DNA of 64,000 nt from an uncultured Bacilli bacterium (GTDB taxonomy: Bacteria > Bacillota_I > Bacilli_A > RFN20 > CAG-826): the NCBI GenBank assembly GCA_944358895.1, contig CALVSB010000001.1:31355-95354 (forward strand), written 5' to 3'. Position numbers and translations under genes: made by a program. Position 1 is the first letter of the stretch; each line of letters opens with the position of its first letter. Positions 36,655 to 45,229 of the stretch are shown here, one piece after another. The notes beneath the pieces are model-generated. The model did no database searches and was not told the DNA's origin. It saw nothing but the letters and a program-made list of their open reading frames with translations.

Positions 36655-37212
36655 TTAGGCCCTCTTGTCGTACTTGCCGGTCGTCGTGTCAACGAGGACC
36701 TTCTCGCCGACGTTGATGAAGAGCGGCACGCGGATGGTGATGCCCGTCTCGAGGACGGCATCCTTGCTCCCGCCGTTGGTCACGGTGTCGCCGCGGGTTC
36801 CCGGCTCCGTCTCGGTGACGGTGAGGGCCACCTTGCTCGGGAGGTCGACGCCGAGGATTTCCTCGTCGTAGAAGGAAACGCTGACTTCGCCGTTGGGCGC
36901 GAGGTACTTGATGACGTCGTCCATGCCCTTCTTCGGAAGCTCGACCTGCTCGTAGGTCGTCGGATCCATGAAGACGAGGCTCACGCCGTCGTCGTAGAGG
37001 TACTGCATCGTCTTCTTGGTGACGGAGACCTGCTCGACGTTGTAGCCGCTGTTGCGGGCGAGTTCGGTGATGGCGCCGGTCCGGACGTTCCTGACCTTGA
37101 CCTTCGCGACCATCTTCCGCATGGCGGTCTTGTTGAGAAGGATGTCGATGCACTGATAGAGCGTTCCTTCGTCTTCGAAGTAATTGCCCGGCCTCAATTC
37201 TGTTACGTTCAT
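36655..37212 (-). CDS. efp: Elongation factor P
   Basis: 185 aa with three OB-like EF-P domains. AAGGAG RBS. Confidence 0.95.
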   Translation of the reverse strand: MNVTELRPGNYFEDEGTLYQCIDILLNKTAMRKMVAKVKVRNVRTGAITELARNSGYNVEQVSVTKKTMQYLYDDGVSLVFMDPTTYEQVELPKKGMDDVIKYLAPNGEVSVSFYDEEILGVDLPSKVALTVTETEPGTRGDTVTNGGSKDAVLETGITIRVPLFINVGEKVLVDTTTGKYDKRA

Positions 37213-37284
37213 TGTTAATGCTCCTTATTGTCCGGTTGGTATTCTACGCTTCAAAGAAGCGTCAATCCACCCCCAAAGGAACGG

Positions 37285-37935
37285 CTACGCGGGGTCGGAG
37301 ACCTCAGCCTCCCTTAGATACGGATTGTTTCGCTTCTCGGTGCCGAGATTCCCCTTCGGCCCGTGGCCGGGATAGAAAGTCGTCCGGTCGGGAAGCCCGA
37401 GGAGCTTGGCAAGGCTAGCAAGAACCTTGCTCCCGTCCCCGCCCGGGAGGTCGTAGCGCCCGACGCTTCCGAGGAAAAGGGTGTCGCCGCTGAAAAGAAG
37501 GGCCGCCTTCGGGAAATAGAGGCAGACGCTTCCCTCGGTGTGGAACGGGGTGAAGATGACCTCAATCCGCCCGAAGGGAGGAAGATCGAGTTCCCCGCTT
37601 GAGGGATATTCCTCGGTATGGATGGAGGTTTCGTCGAGCCGGAAGGAAAAACCGAAGCTCCTAGAGCCATTGAGGCGCGGGCTCGAGAGGGCCTGGCGGT
37701 CCTCTTTGGCCACGTAGACGGGGCAGACAGGGTTGAGGCTCGTTAGGCCCATGATGTGGTCGAAATGGGCGTGGGTCAGAAGGACGGCCGTGAGCTCGAG
37801 GCCTTCGCTAGCAAGAAAAGGCCCGACCTTGGGCGGGTTCTCGGTGCCGGCATCGACGAGGAGGGCTTTCTTCCCTTCGACGAGAAGGTAGGAATTGCTC
37901 GACTCGCCGCCGGGATTGAAGGCGATGACTTTCAT
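37285..37935 (-). CDS. MBL-fold metallo-hydrolase (glyoxalase II-like)
   Basis: 216 aa with the HxHxDH motif THAHFDH. Confidence 0.75.
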   Translation of the reverse strand: MKVIAFNPGGESSNSYLLVEGKKALLVDAGTENPPKVGPFLASEGLELTAVLLTHAHFDHIMGLTSLNPVCPVYVAKEDRQALSSPRLNGSRSFGFSFRLDETSIHTEEYPSSGELDLPPFGRIEVIFTPFHTEGSVCLYFPKAALLFSGDTLFLGSVGRYDLPGGDGSKVLASLAKLLGLPDRTTFYPGHGPKGNLGTEKRNNPYLREAEVSDPA

Positions 37936-37940
37936 CGTTC

Positions 37941-37962
37941 AAAAAAAGGCCCGAGGGCCTTT
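37941..37962 (-). terminator. Rho-independent terminator after rpmG
   Basis: On the minus strand, AAGGCCC-TCGG-GGCCTT is followed by TTTTTTT. It lies between the rpmG stop and the MBL gene start. Confidence 0.6.
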
Positions 37963-37963
37963 C

Positions 37964-38128
37964 TTACTTCGCTTCCTTGTGGACCGTTTCCTTGCGGCAC
38001 ACCTTGCAGTACTTGCGGATTTCGAGCTTCTCCGGGGTGTTCTTCTTGTTCCTCGTCGTGATGTAGTTATGCTCGCCGCACTCGGTGCACTTGAGGGTAA
38101 CGTTGATCCGATTCGCCTTGTTTGCCAT
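37964..38128 (-). CDS. rpmG: 50S ribosomal protein L33
   Basis: 54 aa, [54 protein letters not shown], with the Zn-ribbon C..C...C..C. It is absent from the ORF track because it is under 60 aa. GGTGAG RBS lies 5 nt upstream. Confidence 0.85.
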   Translation of the reverse strand: MANKANRINVTLKCTECGEHNYITTRNKKNTPEKLEIRKYCKVCRKETVHKEAK

Positions 38129-38160
38129 TTTTACTCACCAAACCTTTTTACGCGAGGGCG

Positions 38161-38169
38161 ATTTTAGCA
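38161..38169 (-). promoter_or_regulatory. Extended -10 element (TGcTAAAAT) of rpmG
   Basis: On the minus strand, about 32 nt upstream of the rpmG ATG. Confidence 0.4.
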
Positions 38170-38390
38170 CGCTCTGCCCTCGAAAGAAAAGCCCCACTTT
38201 CCACATAGGGGGAAATTGGTCCGAATATCGAAAGAAGGAAGGGCCTTTTGCCGTGATTTTCCCCTTAAAAGCCGAAAAAGGCACGCTTATGAAAAAAAGA
38301 AAAAAGGCCGCCGGGGTGATGCGTGCCCCGAATCCTGGACACAGGAGGAGGGGCACACATCAGGGGGCGGCCCTAGGAGGGGCGAGGCGG

Positions 38391-40460
38391 CTACTCTTTC
38401 CTCTTGAGGACGATCTTGCCGTAATCGAGGGCATAGGAGGGGTGGCGTTCCCCGAAGCAGGAATCGTCCTTGCCCCCGCGGATGGTGAGGTAGTCCTTGA
38501 AGCCTGGGACATTCGCATAGAGGATCGTCGCCGCGCCGATGTGCTCTTCGTTGACCGGATGGATGCGGAAAGTCTTCCCCCTAAGCTCCTTCTTCCGGGA
38601 CGACTCGCGTTTCCTGCTCTCCTCCCTCGCGCGCTTCTCGGCTTCCTTGGCCGCTCTTTTCTTAGCCGCAAGCTCGCTTTTTTCGCTTTCGCTCAAGGCC
38701 TTTTCCCGCTTCTTCTCGGAAAGGGCGGCCAAAAGGTTGTCCCAGCCTTCCTTCATCCGTTCCTTGAGTTTTTTCCTCGCTTTCCGCCTCTTAGGGGCCG
38801 AGGCCTTGACGAAGGCGTCGTAAGGGATTTCGAGCTTGTATTCGCCCGGCACGAGACTATCGGGAGCCAATAGAGAGTAGGAAGCGAACTTGAGGTAGGT
38901 CTTGCTCCCCCGCTTCTCGACCTTGGCATCGATCTCGTTCCTCGTGTAGGCGTGACGGGCAAGAAGCTTTTCCTTATGCTTCGGATCGACGATGGCGAGG
39001 TCGGAGAACCGCACGTAGACGTCGATGCTTTCCCCGGCCTTCCCCGGGGAAGTCTTGAACTTTGCCCCAACGTAACTCTCCTTTCCCTCGAAGGCCAGAA
39101 AGGCAATCGCGCCGTCTTCCGTCTCCTCGACGCTCACGACCTTGGCCCTGAAGGCGAGTTCCCGGCCTTCCCCCCTAACGAGATGGTAGGCCGTGAAGGG
39201 AATCTCGAGGGCCATCGGGCAATCGTGGCCTTGGCACTCTGGGGCCAGGCAGCTCCTTTCCTCCTCGCTAAGCGACAAGGAGGCCCCGCAGGAAATGATC
39301 TTACCGGTTTCCCGGTCGAGGCTTCCTTCGAGATAGGTCTTCGGCAGGAGGCCGGCAATCCTCTTCCCTTCCTTGCCCGGGGCAAAAAGGTGGAGATGCC
39401 GGACGTCGATATTTGCCCTAAGCTCGTCGCCCTCGGCAATGGGGAGCCGCCCATCGGCCTTGAGGACGAGCGGTATCTTCGTTCCCTTGATATAACAATG
39501 GAGAATGAGCTCGGAGCCGAGTTTCTCCACGATGTCGACCTTGATGGAAAAGGGTCCTTCCCCGTCGATTTTGACGTCTTCGGGCCGAACGCCGAGCTGG
39601 ACGTCTTTCCCGATCCAGGCGAAGTCGCTCAGGCTCGGCTTGGCATTTTTCCCAAGGGGAAGGGCGAAGCACTGGTCATCGTCGCCGAAAAGGAAGGCCA
39701 GCTCGCCCTTTTCCTCGACGAGCTTTCCTTCGAGGATGTTCATTTGGGGCGTCCCGAGGAAAGTCGCGACGAAAACGTTCGCCGGGTGGTCGTAGAGGTT
39801 GGAGGGGGAATCGACTTGCTGGATGACGCCGTCCTTCATGACGACGATGTTGGTCCCCATGGTCATGGCTTCCGTCTGGTCATGGGTGACGTAGATGAAG
39901 GTGACGCCCAGTTTCCGATGCAATTTGGCGATCTCGCTCCGCATTTGGACCCGAAGCTTCGCGTCGAGGTTCGATAGCGGCTCGTCGAGGAGGAAGACTT
40001 TCGGTTCCCGGACGATGGAACGGCCGAGGGCAACCCTTTGCCGCTGGCCGCCCGAAAGGGCCCGGGGCTTCCGGGAAAGATAGTCTTCGAGGCCGAGGAT
40101 CTTGGCCGCGGCCTTGATCCTTTTGTCGATATCCGTCCGGTCGACTTTGGCCATCCTTAGGCCGAAAGCCATGTTCTCGTAAACGGTCTTCTGGGGATAA
40201 AGCGCGTAGTTTTGGAAGACCATCGTGATGTCGCGCTTGCTCGGCGGCTCGTCGTTGACCCTCACCCCGTCGATGTATAGATCCCCGGCCGAGATGTCTT
40301 CGAGCCCGGCGATCATCCTCAAAGTGGTCGATTTCCCGCATCCGGAAGGACCGACGAAGACGACGAATTCCTTGTCGCCGATGTCGAGGTTGAGGTCGCT
40401 GATGGCCCGGACGCCGCCGGGATAGACTTTGTAGACGTGTTTGAAGCTGACGCTAGCCAT
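38391..40460 (-). CDS. Sugar ABC transporter ATP-binding protein (MsmK/MalK-like) with a roughly 320-aa C-terminal extension
   Basis: 689 aa. The N-terminal 370 aa are the ABC ATPase (Walker A GPSGCGKST, LSGGQRQR, Walker B LLDEPLSNLD) plus a TOBE domain. The extension holds a Cys4 cluster, a Lys/Glu-rich predicted coiled coil and a terminal domain. The start is at MASVSF; the ORF-track upstream extension overlaps the next gene. Confidence 0.85.
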   Translation of the reverse strand: MASVSFKHVYKVYPGGVRAISDLNLDIGDKEFVVFVGPSGCGKSTTLRMIAGLEDISAGDLYIDGVRVNDEPPSKRDITMVFQNYALYPQKTVYENMAFGLRMAKVDRTDIDKRIKAAAKILGLEDYLSRKPRALSGGQRQRVALGRSIVREPKVFLLDEPLSNLDAKLRVQMRSEIAKLHRKLGVTFIYVTHDQTEAMTMGTNIVVMKDGVIQQVDSPSNLYDHPANVFVATFLGTPQMNILEGKLVEEKGELAFLFGDDDQCFALPLGKNAKPSLSDFAWIGKDVQLGVRPEDVKIDGEGPFSIKVDIVEKLGSELILHCYIKGTKIPLVLKADGRLPIAEGDELRANIDVRHLHLFAPGKEGKRIAGLLPKTYLEGSLDRETGKIISCGASLSLSEEERSCLAPECQGHDCPMALEIPFTAYHLVRGEGRELAFRAKVVSVEETEDGAIAFLAFEGKESYVGAKFKTSPGKAGESIDVYVRFSDLAIVDPKHKEKLLARHAYTRNEIDAKVEKRGSKTYLKFASYSLLAPDSLVPGEYKLEIPYDAFVKASAPKRRKARKKLKERMKEGWDNLLAALSEKKREKALSESEKSELAAKKRAAKEAEKRAREESRKRESSRKKELRGKTFRIHPVNEEHIGAATILYANVPGFKDYLTIRGGKDDSCFGERHPSYALDYGKIVLKRKE

Positions 40461-40465
40461 GATGT

Positions 40466-41365
40466 TTATTCCTTTCCCGGGCCCAAGGGTCCGTCGCCAT
40501 GTCGGTCGAGTCCGCGCCCGAGAATGGAAGGGGCGCTTTGGCGGTTGATGAAACGGTCGAAGACGCTTTCGCCATAAAGCTGGTAGACGAGGGCCAGGTG
40601 GCTGAGCCCGTAGAAAGCGATGAGGGCGATGAGGATCTCCTGGACGAGGAGATAGGGAATGAGCTCGAGAAGGAGCGGGAAAGAAGCGGCCAGGAGGAGG
40701 AAAAGGAGGTTCTTCGGGAAGAGGACGGCGGCGAAGACCAAGTTGTTCTTGAGGCTCGCCTTGAAGGAAAAGCGGTACACGGTCGCCGACGCGAGAAGGA
40801 AATAGCCGAGGATATGGAAATAGGCCATGACCAAGGCGAAGAAGACCGAGAGGAAAATCGGCAAGAAGCCAGGGATTCCCTCGATCGTCGGGTAAAAGCG
40901 CGAATTGAAGGCGAAGAGGAAGTTCCCGAGCCCGACGAAGAAGCCCGCCAGCAAGGAGGACTTCCAGTTTTCCTTCGCTCCCCGGAAGAAGTCCCGGAAG
41001 AGGTAGACCGTCCCCTCTTGCCTCGTGAAGGCGGCGACGACTTCGAAGGCCCCGCCGAGGCCGAAGGTGGCCAAGAGGGTCAAGGGCCAGCTCACGAGGG
41101 AGGAAAAGCTTTCGAGGACGAAGCTCCGGAAAAGGGCCTCGGCCTCGGTTAGCCCCTCGGCCGGAAGGGCGGAATAGGCTCCCCAGGCGATCCGCCAGAA
41201 ATAGAGGGGGGCGAAGAAGAGGAAAGTGAGAAGCGAGAGGCCAACCAGCTTCCAAAAACGGCCTCTCAGGATGTCGAAATAGGCCCGGAAGCGGTTTTTG
41301 GGAAGCCGCGCTTCCTCCGGGTTCCCCGGGGCATCCGGCCTCAAGGAGGAGAAGAAGCCCATCAT
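40466..41365 (-). CDS. YesL-like (DUF624) integral membrane protein
   Basis: 299 aa with about 6 TM helices. The family commonly accompanies sugar ABC transporters. Confidence 0.5.
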   Translation of the reverse strand: MMGFFSSLRPDAPGNPEEARLPKNRFRAYFDILRGRFWKLVGLSLLTFLFFAPLYFWRIAWGAYSALPAEGLTEAEALFRSFVLESFSSLVSWPLTLLATFGLGGAFEVVAAFTRQEGTVYLFRDFFRGAKENWKSSLLAGFFVGLGNFLFAFNSRFYPTIEGIPGFLPIFLSVFFALVMAYFHILGYFLLASATVYRFSFKASLKNNLVFAAVLFPKNLLFLLLAASFPLLLELIPYLLVQEILIALIAFYGLSHLALVYQLYGESVFDRFINRQSAPSILGRGLDRHGDGPLGPGKE

Positions 41366-42282
41366 GAGAGATAGGCCTCGAGTTCCTCCTGGCTCGGGAA
41401 GGAAGCGATGGCCCCTTTCTTCAAAGTAGCGAGCGCCCCGCAGGCATTCGCTCGGTAGAAAACGTCGACCAGCTCCTCGTAAGAGACGCCATGGAGGTCT
41501 TTTCCGTCCAAGGCATAGAGGAGATAGGCCATGAAGGCATCCCCGGCCCCGGTCGTGTCGACGGGGCTAACCGCCCTCTTGGGCGGGACGAGGGCTTCCT
41601 TTCCGTCCAAATAGAAGTAAGAGCCCCGGCTTCCCATCGTGATGGCGAGGAGCCTTCCCGGCGCTGCCAGCTTTCGGACGCCCGCGGCGACTTTTTCCTC
41701 GCTGGTCAGGTAGGAAAGCTCCTCGTGGGTAAGCTTCGCGACGTCGCAACTATCGATGAGGGTAAGAAAGAGCTTCTTTCCTTCTTCTCCCTCCGGGAAA
41801 AGCCCTTCCCGGTAATTGACGTCGAAGGAGAGGCGAAGGGCGGGGTGCCCTTTCTTGTAATTTACCGTTTCCCTTATGAAGGCTTGCCCTTCCTCGAAGG
41901 GAAGCATGAGGCTTCCGAGATGGACGATGCTCGGCTTTTTCAGCAAAAGAGGCTTGAAGCTTTCGAAGGAAAGAAGGTAGTCGGCCCCATTTTCCCGGTG
42001 GAAGAAGAAAGAACGGTCGCCATGTCGCTCCTCGACCTCGGTCCAGGTGGTCATCCTTCCCGGCTTCCTCTCGATGAGGAGATCCTTGAAGGGGAGGCGC
42101 CTAGCCTCGCCTTCCATGAAGGTTCCGAGGGAATCGTCCCCCACCGACCCGTAAAAGGAAGCCTCCCCGCCTAGGAGGGCCACCCCCGCGAGGGCGTTGA
42201 AGGGGGCGCCTCCGGCCCGGGCGACGAGGCCTTCTTTCTCGCGGAAGCAATCGACGACGAGTTCGCCAGTGCCGAGAATCAT
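41362..42282 (-). CDS. Fructokinase (PfkB/ribokinase family)
   Basis: 306 aa with PfkB signatures (GGAPFN, DTTGAGDAF). AAAGGAG RBS. Its ATG overlaps the lacI stop (ATGA). Confidence 0.8.
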   Translation of the reverse strand: MILGTGELVVDCFREKEGLVARAGGAPFNALAGVALLGGEASFYGSVGDDSLGTFMEGEARRLPFKDLLIERKPGRMTTWTEVEERHGDRSFFFHRENGADYLLSFESFKPLLLKKPSIVHLGSLMLPFEEGQAFIRETVNYKKGHPALRLSFDVNYREGLFPEGEEGKKLFLTLIDSCDVAKLTHEELSYLTSEEKVAAGVRKLAAPGRLLAITMGSRGSYFYLDGKEALVPPKRAVSPVDTTGAGDAFMAYLLYALDGKDLHGVSYEELVDVFYRANACGALATLKKGAIASFPSQEELEAYLS

Positions 42283-43238
42283 GCGGTATCTCCTTTCCGG
42301 AACGTGGTTTTGACCACGACTTTGAGCGGGCATTCTTCCCCGTTCATCTTCCTGAGCAGAAGCCCAAGGGCCGAGCGGGCCAAGGCATCGATGTCTTGCT
42401 TCACGGAGGTGAAGAGGGGCTTTTGGATGATGTCGTCCATGCAGCCGTCGAAAGAAACGATGTCAAGATGGCCATAGCCGACCTCGTTGGCCCTTCGGTA
42501 AGTCTGGAAGCCGAAGGTGTCGCTCGTGGCGAAGACGGCATCGAGACGGGGCTCCCTTTCCAAGAAGAGGGACGAGGCTTTCATCTCCTCCCCGTGGGCA
42601 AAGTCCTCGTAGAAGGCGTGGACCGGGAGGCCCTTCTCTTTCGTGAAGTCCATGTAGGCGTCGTAACGGCGCATGACTTCGCTTCGCTCGGCCGGGCGGC
42701 CGCCGATGAAGCCGATTTCCCGATTCCCCTTTTCGTAAAGGTAAAGGAGGGCCTTGTAGGTGCTTTCGTAATTGTCGCTCGTGACGACGGGCACTTCCTT
42801 CCCCATCAGGCGGTCGACGGTGACGATCGGAAGGTCGTAGGAGGAAGGGTCGAACTTCTCGTGGGTGACGAGGAAGGCCCCGTCGACGAGGTTACGCTCC
42901 CGCAGCCACTTGAGGCGTTCCTGCTCGTTGCCCGAGACGATGATGACTTGGTTGAGACGGCGGGAGGCTTCCCCCGCTTGCTCGAAGACGGCGCTTTCGA
43001 GCCGTTCGGCAAAGCGGGAGAAGAAAGGATGGGAGATCATGGGGACGCAAATCGCCATCGCGAAGGATTTGGCCATCCGAAGCGACCTTCCCGAGGTCGA
43101 GGGGACGTAGCCGAGCTCCTTCATCGCCTTTTCGATGCGGGCCCGGCTCTCCTCCGAAACGTAACCTTTGTTAAGGTAACGGGAAACGGTGCTTTTGCCG
43201 ACACCGGCGGCCTTCGCGACAGTGACAATCGAGACCAT
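42279..43238 (-). CDS. LacI-family transcriptional regulator
   Basis: 319 aa with an N-terminal HTH (VTVAKAAGVGKSTVSRYLN) and a periplasmic-binding-fold effector domain. Confidence 0.85.
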   Translation of the reverse strand: MVSIVTVAKAAGVGKSTVSRYLNKGYVSEESRARIEKAMKELGYVPSTSGRSLRMAKSFAMAICVPMISHPFFSRFAERLESAVFEQAGEASRRLNQVIIVSGNEQERLKWLRERNLVDGAFLVTHEKFDPSSYDLPIVTVDRLMGKEVPVVTSDNYESTYKALLYLYEKGNREIGFIGGRPAERSEVMRRYDAYMDFTKEKGLPVHAFYEDFAHGEEMKASSLFLEREPRLDAVFATSDTFGFQTYRRANEVGYGHLDIVSFDGCMDDIIQKPLFTSVKQDIDALARSALGLLLRKMNGEECPLKVVVKTTFRKGDTA

Positions 43239-43246
43239 GGTTCCAA

Positions 43247-45205
43247 CTAAGACTGCTTTTGTCTTTTTCTCCTGATGACAATGTAGGCACCCAGGCCGGC
43301 AACGACAAGGAGAATAAGCGCGGAACCGGCGATCGCAATCGCGTCGACCGTCCCGGAAGGAGCCGCCGCAAAGTAGGCCGAGCCCTCTGGATTGCGGGCC
43401 GAGATGACGGCCATGCCTTCCCCGACGGTGCTCTTCACGAGTTCGTCTTCGGTATTGGTCTCGCCAGGGTGGTCCAGATAGCCGGCATAGTTATAGTCTT
43501 CCGAGCGGTCGACGATGGATAGGGCCTCGGGAGAAAGCCCGCGGTAAGCCTGGGCCAAATCGTAGAGCTCGCCATTCTCGAGAAGCCCGCAATAGCTGAA
43601 CTGTTGCTCGGCCGAGCGGGCTTGCTCGTAATATGAGGCGAGGAACTGAGCGGCCTCGGCGATCGGCTCTAGGGCTTCGGTCGTCTCCGACGCGCCGACA
43701 TAGTGGTCGGCAAACGGGGCATAACGCGCATTGAAGCCTTCTTTGTCGTAGGTCTCCACCAAGGTGTCGACCCTGAAGGCGAAATTCTCAAGCGAGACAT
43801 CGGTGTCGATGCTGTCGAAGAAACCGTGGCCCCAGCCGCCTCCGGCCTTGTAATCCTCGAGAGCCAGGACGACGGTCTTGCCGAGGTATGCGCTGGCATC
43901 GAGGTAAGTGCGCCGCATTGAGACGTTCGACCCTCCCTCCGAAACATAAAGGTTGTCGGTCCACCAATCGGAAGTGTCCGCATAGACGAGCGGAAGATCC
44001 GACGGGCTAGGTTTGTCCCCATCGTATTCATAGAGGGCAAGGCGGGCATTGGCACCCCCGAGCTTGGCCGTGACGAGGCCGCTTCCCCCGAGCGTGAAAG
44101 GACGGGAAAGGAGACGCCAACGGAGGCTTTCCTTCGCGGCGCCGCCGTTGTCTTTCCAACCGTTGAGGAAGTAGGTCCCGTCCTTGTTGAAGGGGACCAT
44201 CACGTTGTTGTGGTTGCCCCAAGGGCTCATCCTTTCCCAGTCGCTCACGAATTTCGACGGATCGAGATCCTCGAGCGAGCCGGAATAGGAGGTCATTTCA
44301 TCCTGGACGAAGTTGCAGTCGAGCGTCCATTCCGCCGAAAGGGCCCCGCTTTCGAAGTCCTCGGCGAGCGAAGGACGCGCGAGGGATTGCTCTAGCGACT
44401 CCTGGAACACCTCGTATTCCGCGTTAGCCGAGTTCTTGTATATGTCCCAAAGGTACTTTTGGGCGGCGACGTCGTCATTCGATTTGTCTTGGTTGTTGGT
44501 CGCGGCATCGCCTTGCCCCCCGAAGCCCTGCTTCCAAATCGTGTCGACCACGTCGTCGGCCGTTTGGTTGGGCGAGAGGGCCCCGAAATTGACCATCCCG
44601 AAGCCGTCGGTCTTCCCGTCGTAGATTTCGAGGTGGATTTCCTTATCGAGATATTCTTCGGCGATCTCGACGACCCGAACGGCCATGTTGTTGGACAAGA
44701 CGGGATCGCTGAAATAGCCGTTGGTTATCTTTCCATCCCCCTCGAGGGTCGTCGCGTTGTTCCCGGCCTCGTCGACGATGCGGACGAAGCTCGGATCCTG
44801 GACATTTCCGCCCAGGGTGAAGGTGACATAGGGGGAACCGGCTTTCTGAACCCAGCTCGCCGAGACGATCCAGCCGGTCCAGGCTTCGCCTTTTTCGCCC
44901 TGCTGACCCCAGCCGACGCCGTAATAGAAGTCGTCGAGGGCCCCGAAGTGGCGGCCGTTGCCCCAGAAGGTATCCCATTGATGGGCCGTGTAGTTCGCAA
45001 AGTTGAAATCGGCGTCGAGCGTTCCCTTATCGGCCGCGTCCCCGCCTTCGTAGAAGCTGAAGTTGGCTTGGTTGAAGGGAAGGTAAGTAATCGTGCTTTC
45101 TTCGCTCGCCTCGTCTTCCGCCATCACGGGCGAAAGGGTCTCCCGGGCGGAAATCCCGCCCAGGAGGAGAACCAAGGAAGAAAGGAGAAGCAATTGTTTT
45201 TTCAT
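43247..45205 (-). CDS. Surface-anchored protein with two divergent beta-sandwich modules
   Basis: 652 aa with a signal peptide and a C-terminal TM anchor followed by a basic tail (..IVIRRKRQKQS). It has two divergent copies of the module shared with neighbouring GH32 proteins. AAAGGAG RBS. Confidence 0.6.
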   Translation of the reverse strand: MKKQLLLLSSLVLLLGGISARETLSPVMAEDEASEESTITYLPFNQANFSFYEGGDAADKGTLDADFNFANYTAHQWDTFWGNGRHFGALDDFYYGVGWGQQGEKGEAWTGWIVSASWVQKAGSPYVTFTLGGNVQDPSFVRIVDEAGNNATTLEGDGKITNGYFSDPVLSNNMAVRVVEIAEEYLDKEIHLEIYDGKTDGFGMVNFGALSPNQTADDVVDTIWKQGFGGQGDAATNNQDKSNDDVAAQKYLWDIYKNSANAEYEVFQESLEQSLARPSLAEDFESGALSAEWTLDCNFVQDEMTSYSGSLEDLDPSKFVSDWERMSPWGNHNNVMVPFNKDGTYFLNGWKDNGGAAKESLRWRLLSRPFTLGGSGLVTAKLGGANARLALYEYDGDKPSPSDLPLVYADTSDWWTDNLYVSEGGSNVSMRRTYLDASAYLGKTVVLALEDYKAGGGWGHGFFDSIDTDVSLENFAFRVDTLVETYDKEGFNARYAPFADHYVGASETTEALEPIAEAAQFLASYYEQARSAEQQFSYCGLLENGELYDLAQAYRGLSPEALSIVDRSEDYNYAGYLDHPGETNTEDELVKSTVGEGMAVISARNPEGSAYFAAAPSGTVDAIAIAGSALILLVVAGLGAYIVIRRKRQKQS

Positions 45206-45229
45206 GGTTGGCTCCTTTTCAAAGAGACG

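Noticed and set aside
38292-38356. Terminator for the sugar locus after the msmK-like gene
   Set aside because: A 7-bp hairpin (GTGCCCC...GGGGCAC, 22-nt loop) and a long U-run are present on the minus strand. They are 17 nt apart and the loop is large. This is too irregular to call, so termination here is left open.
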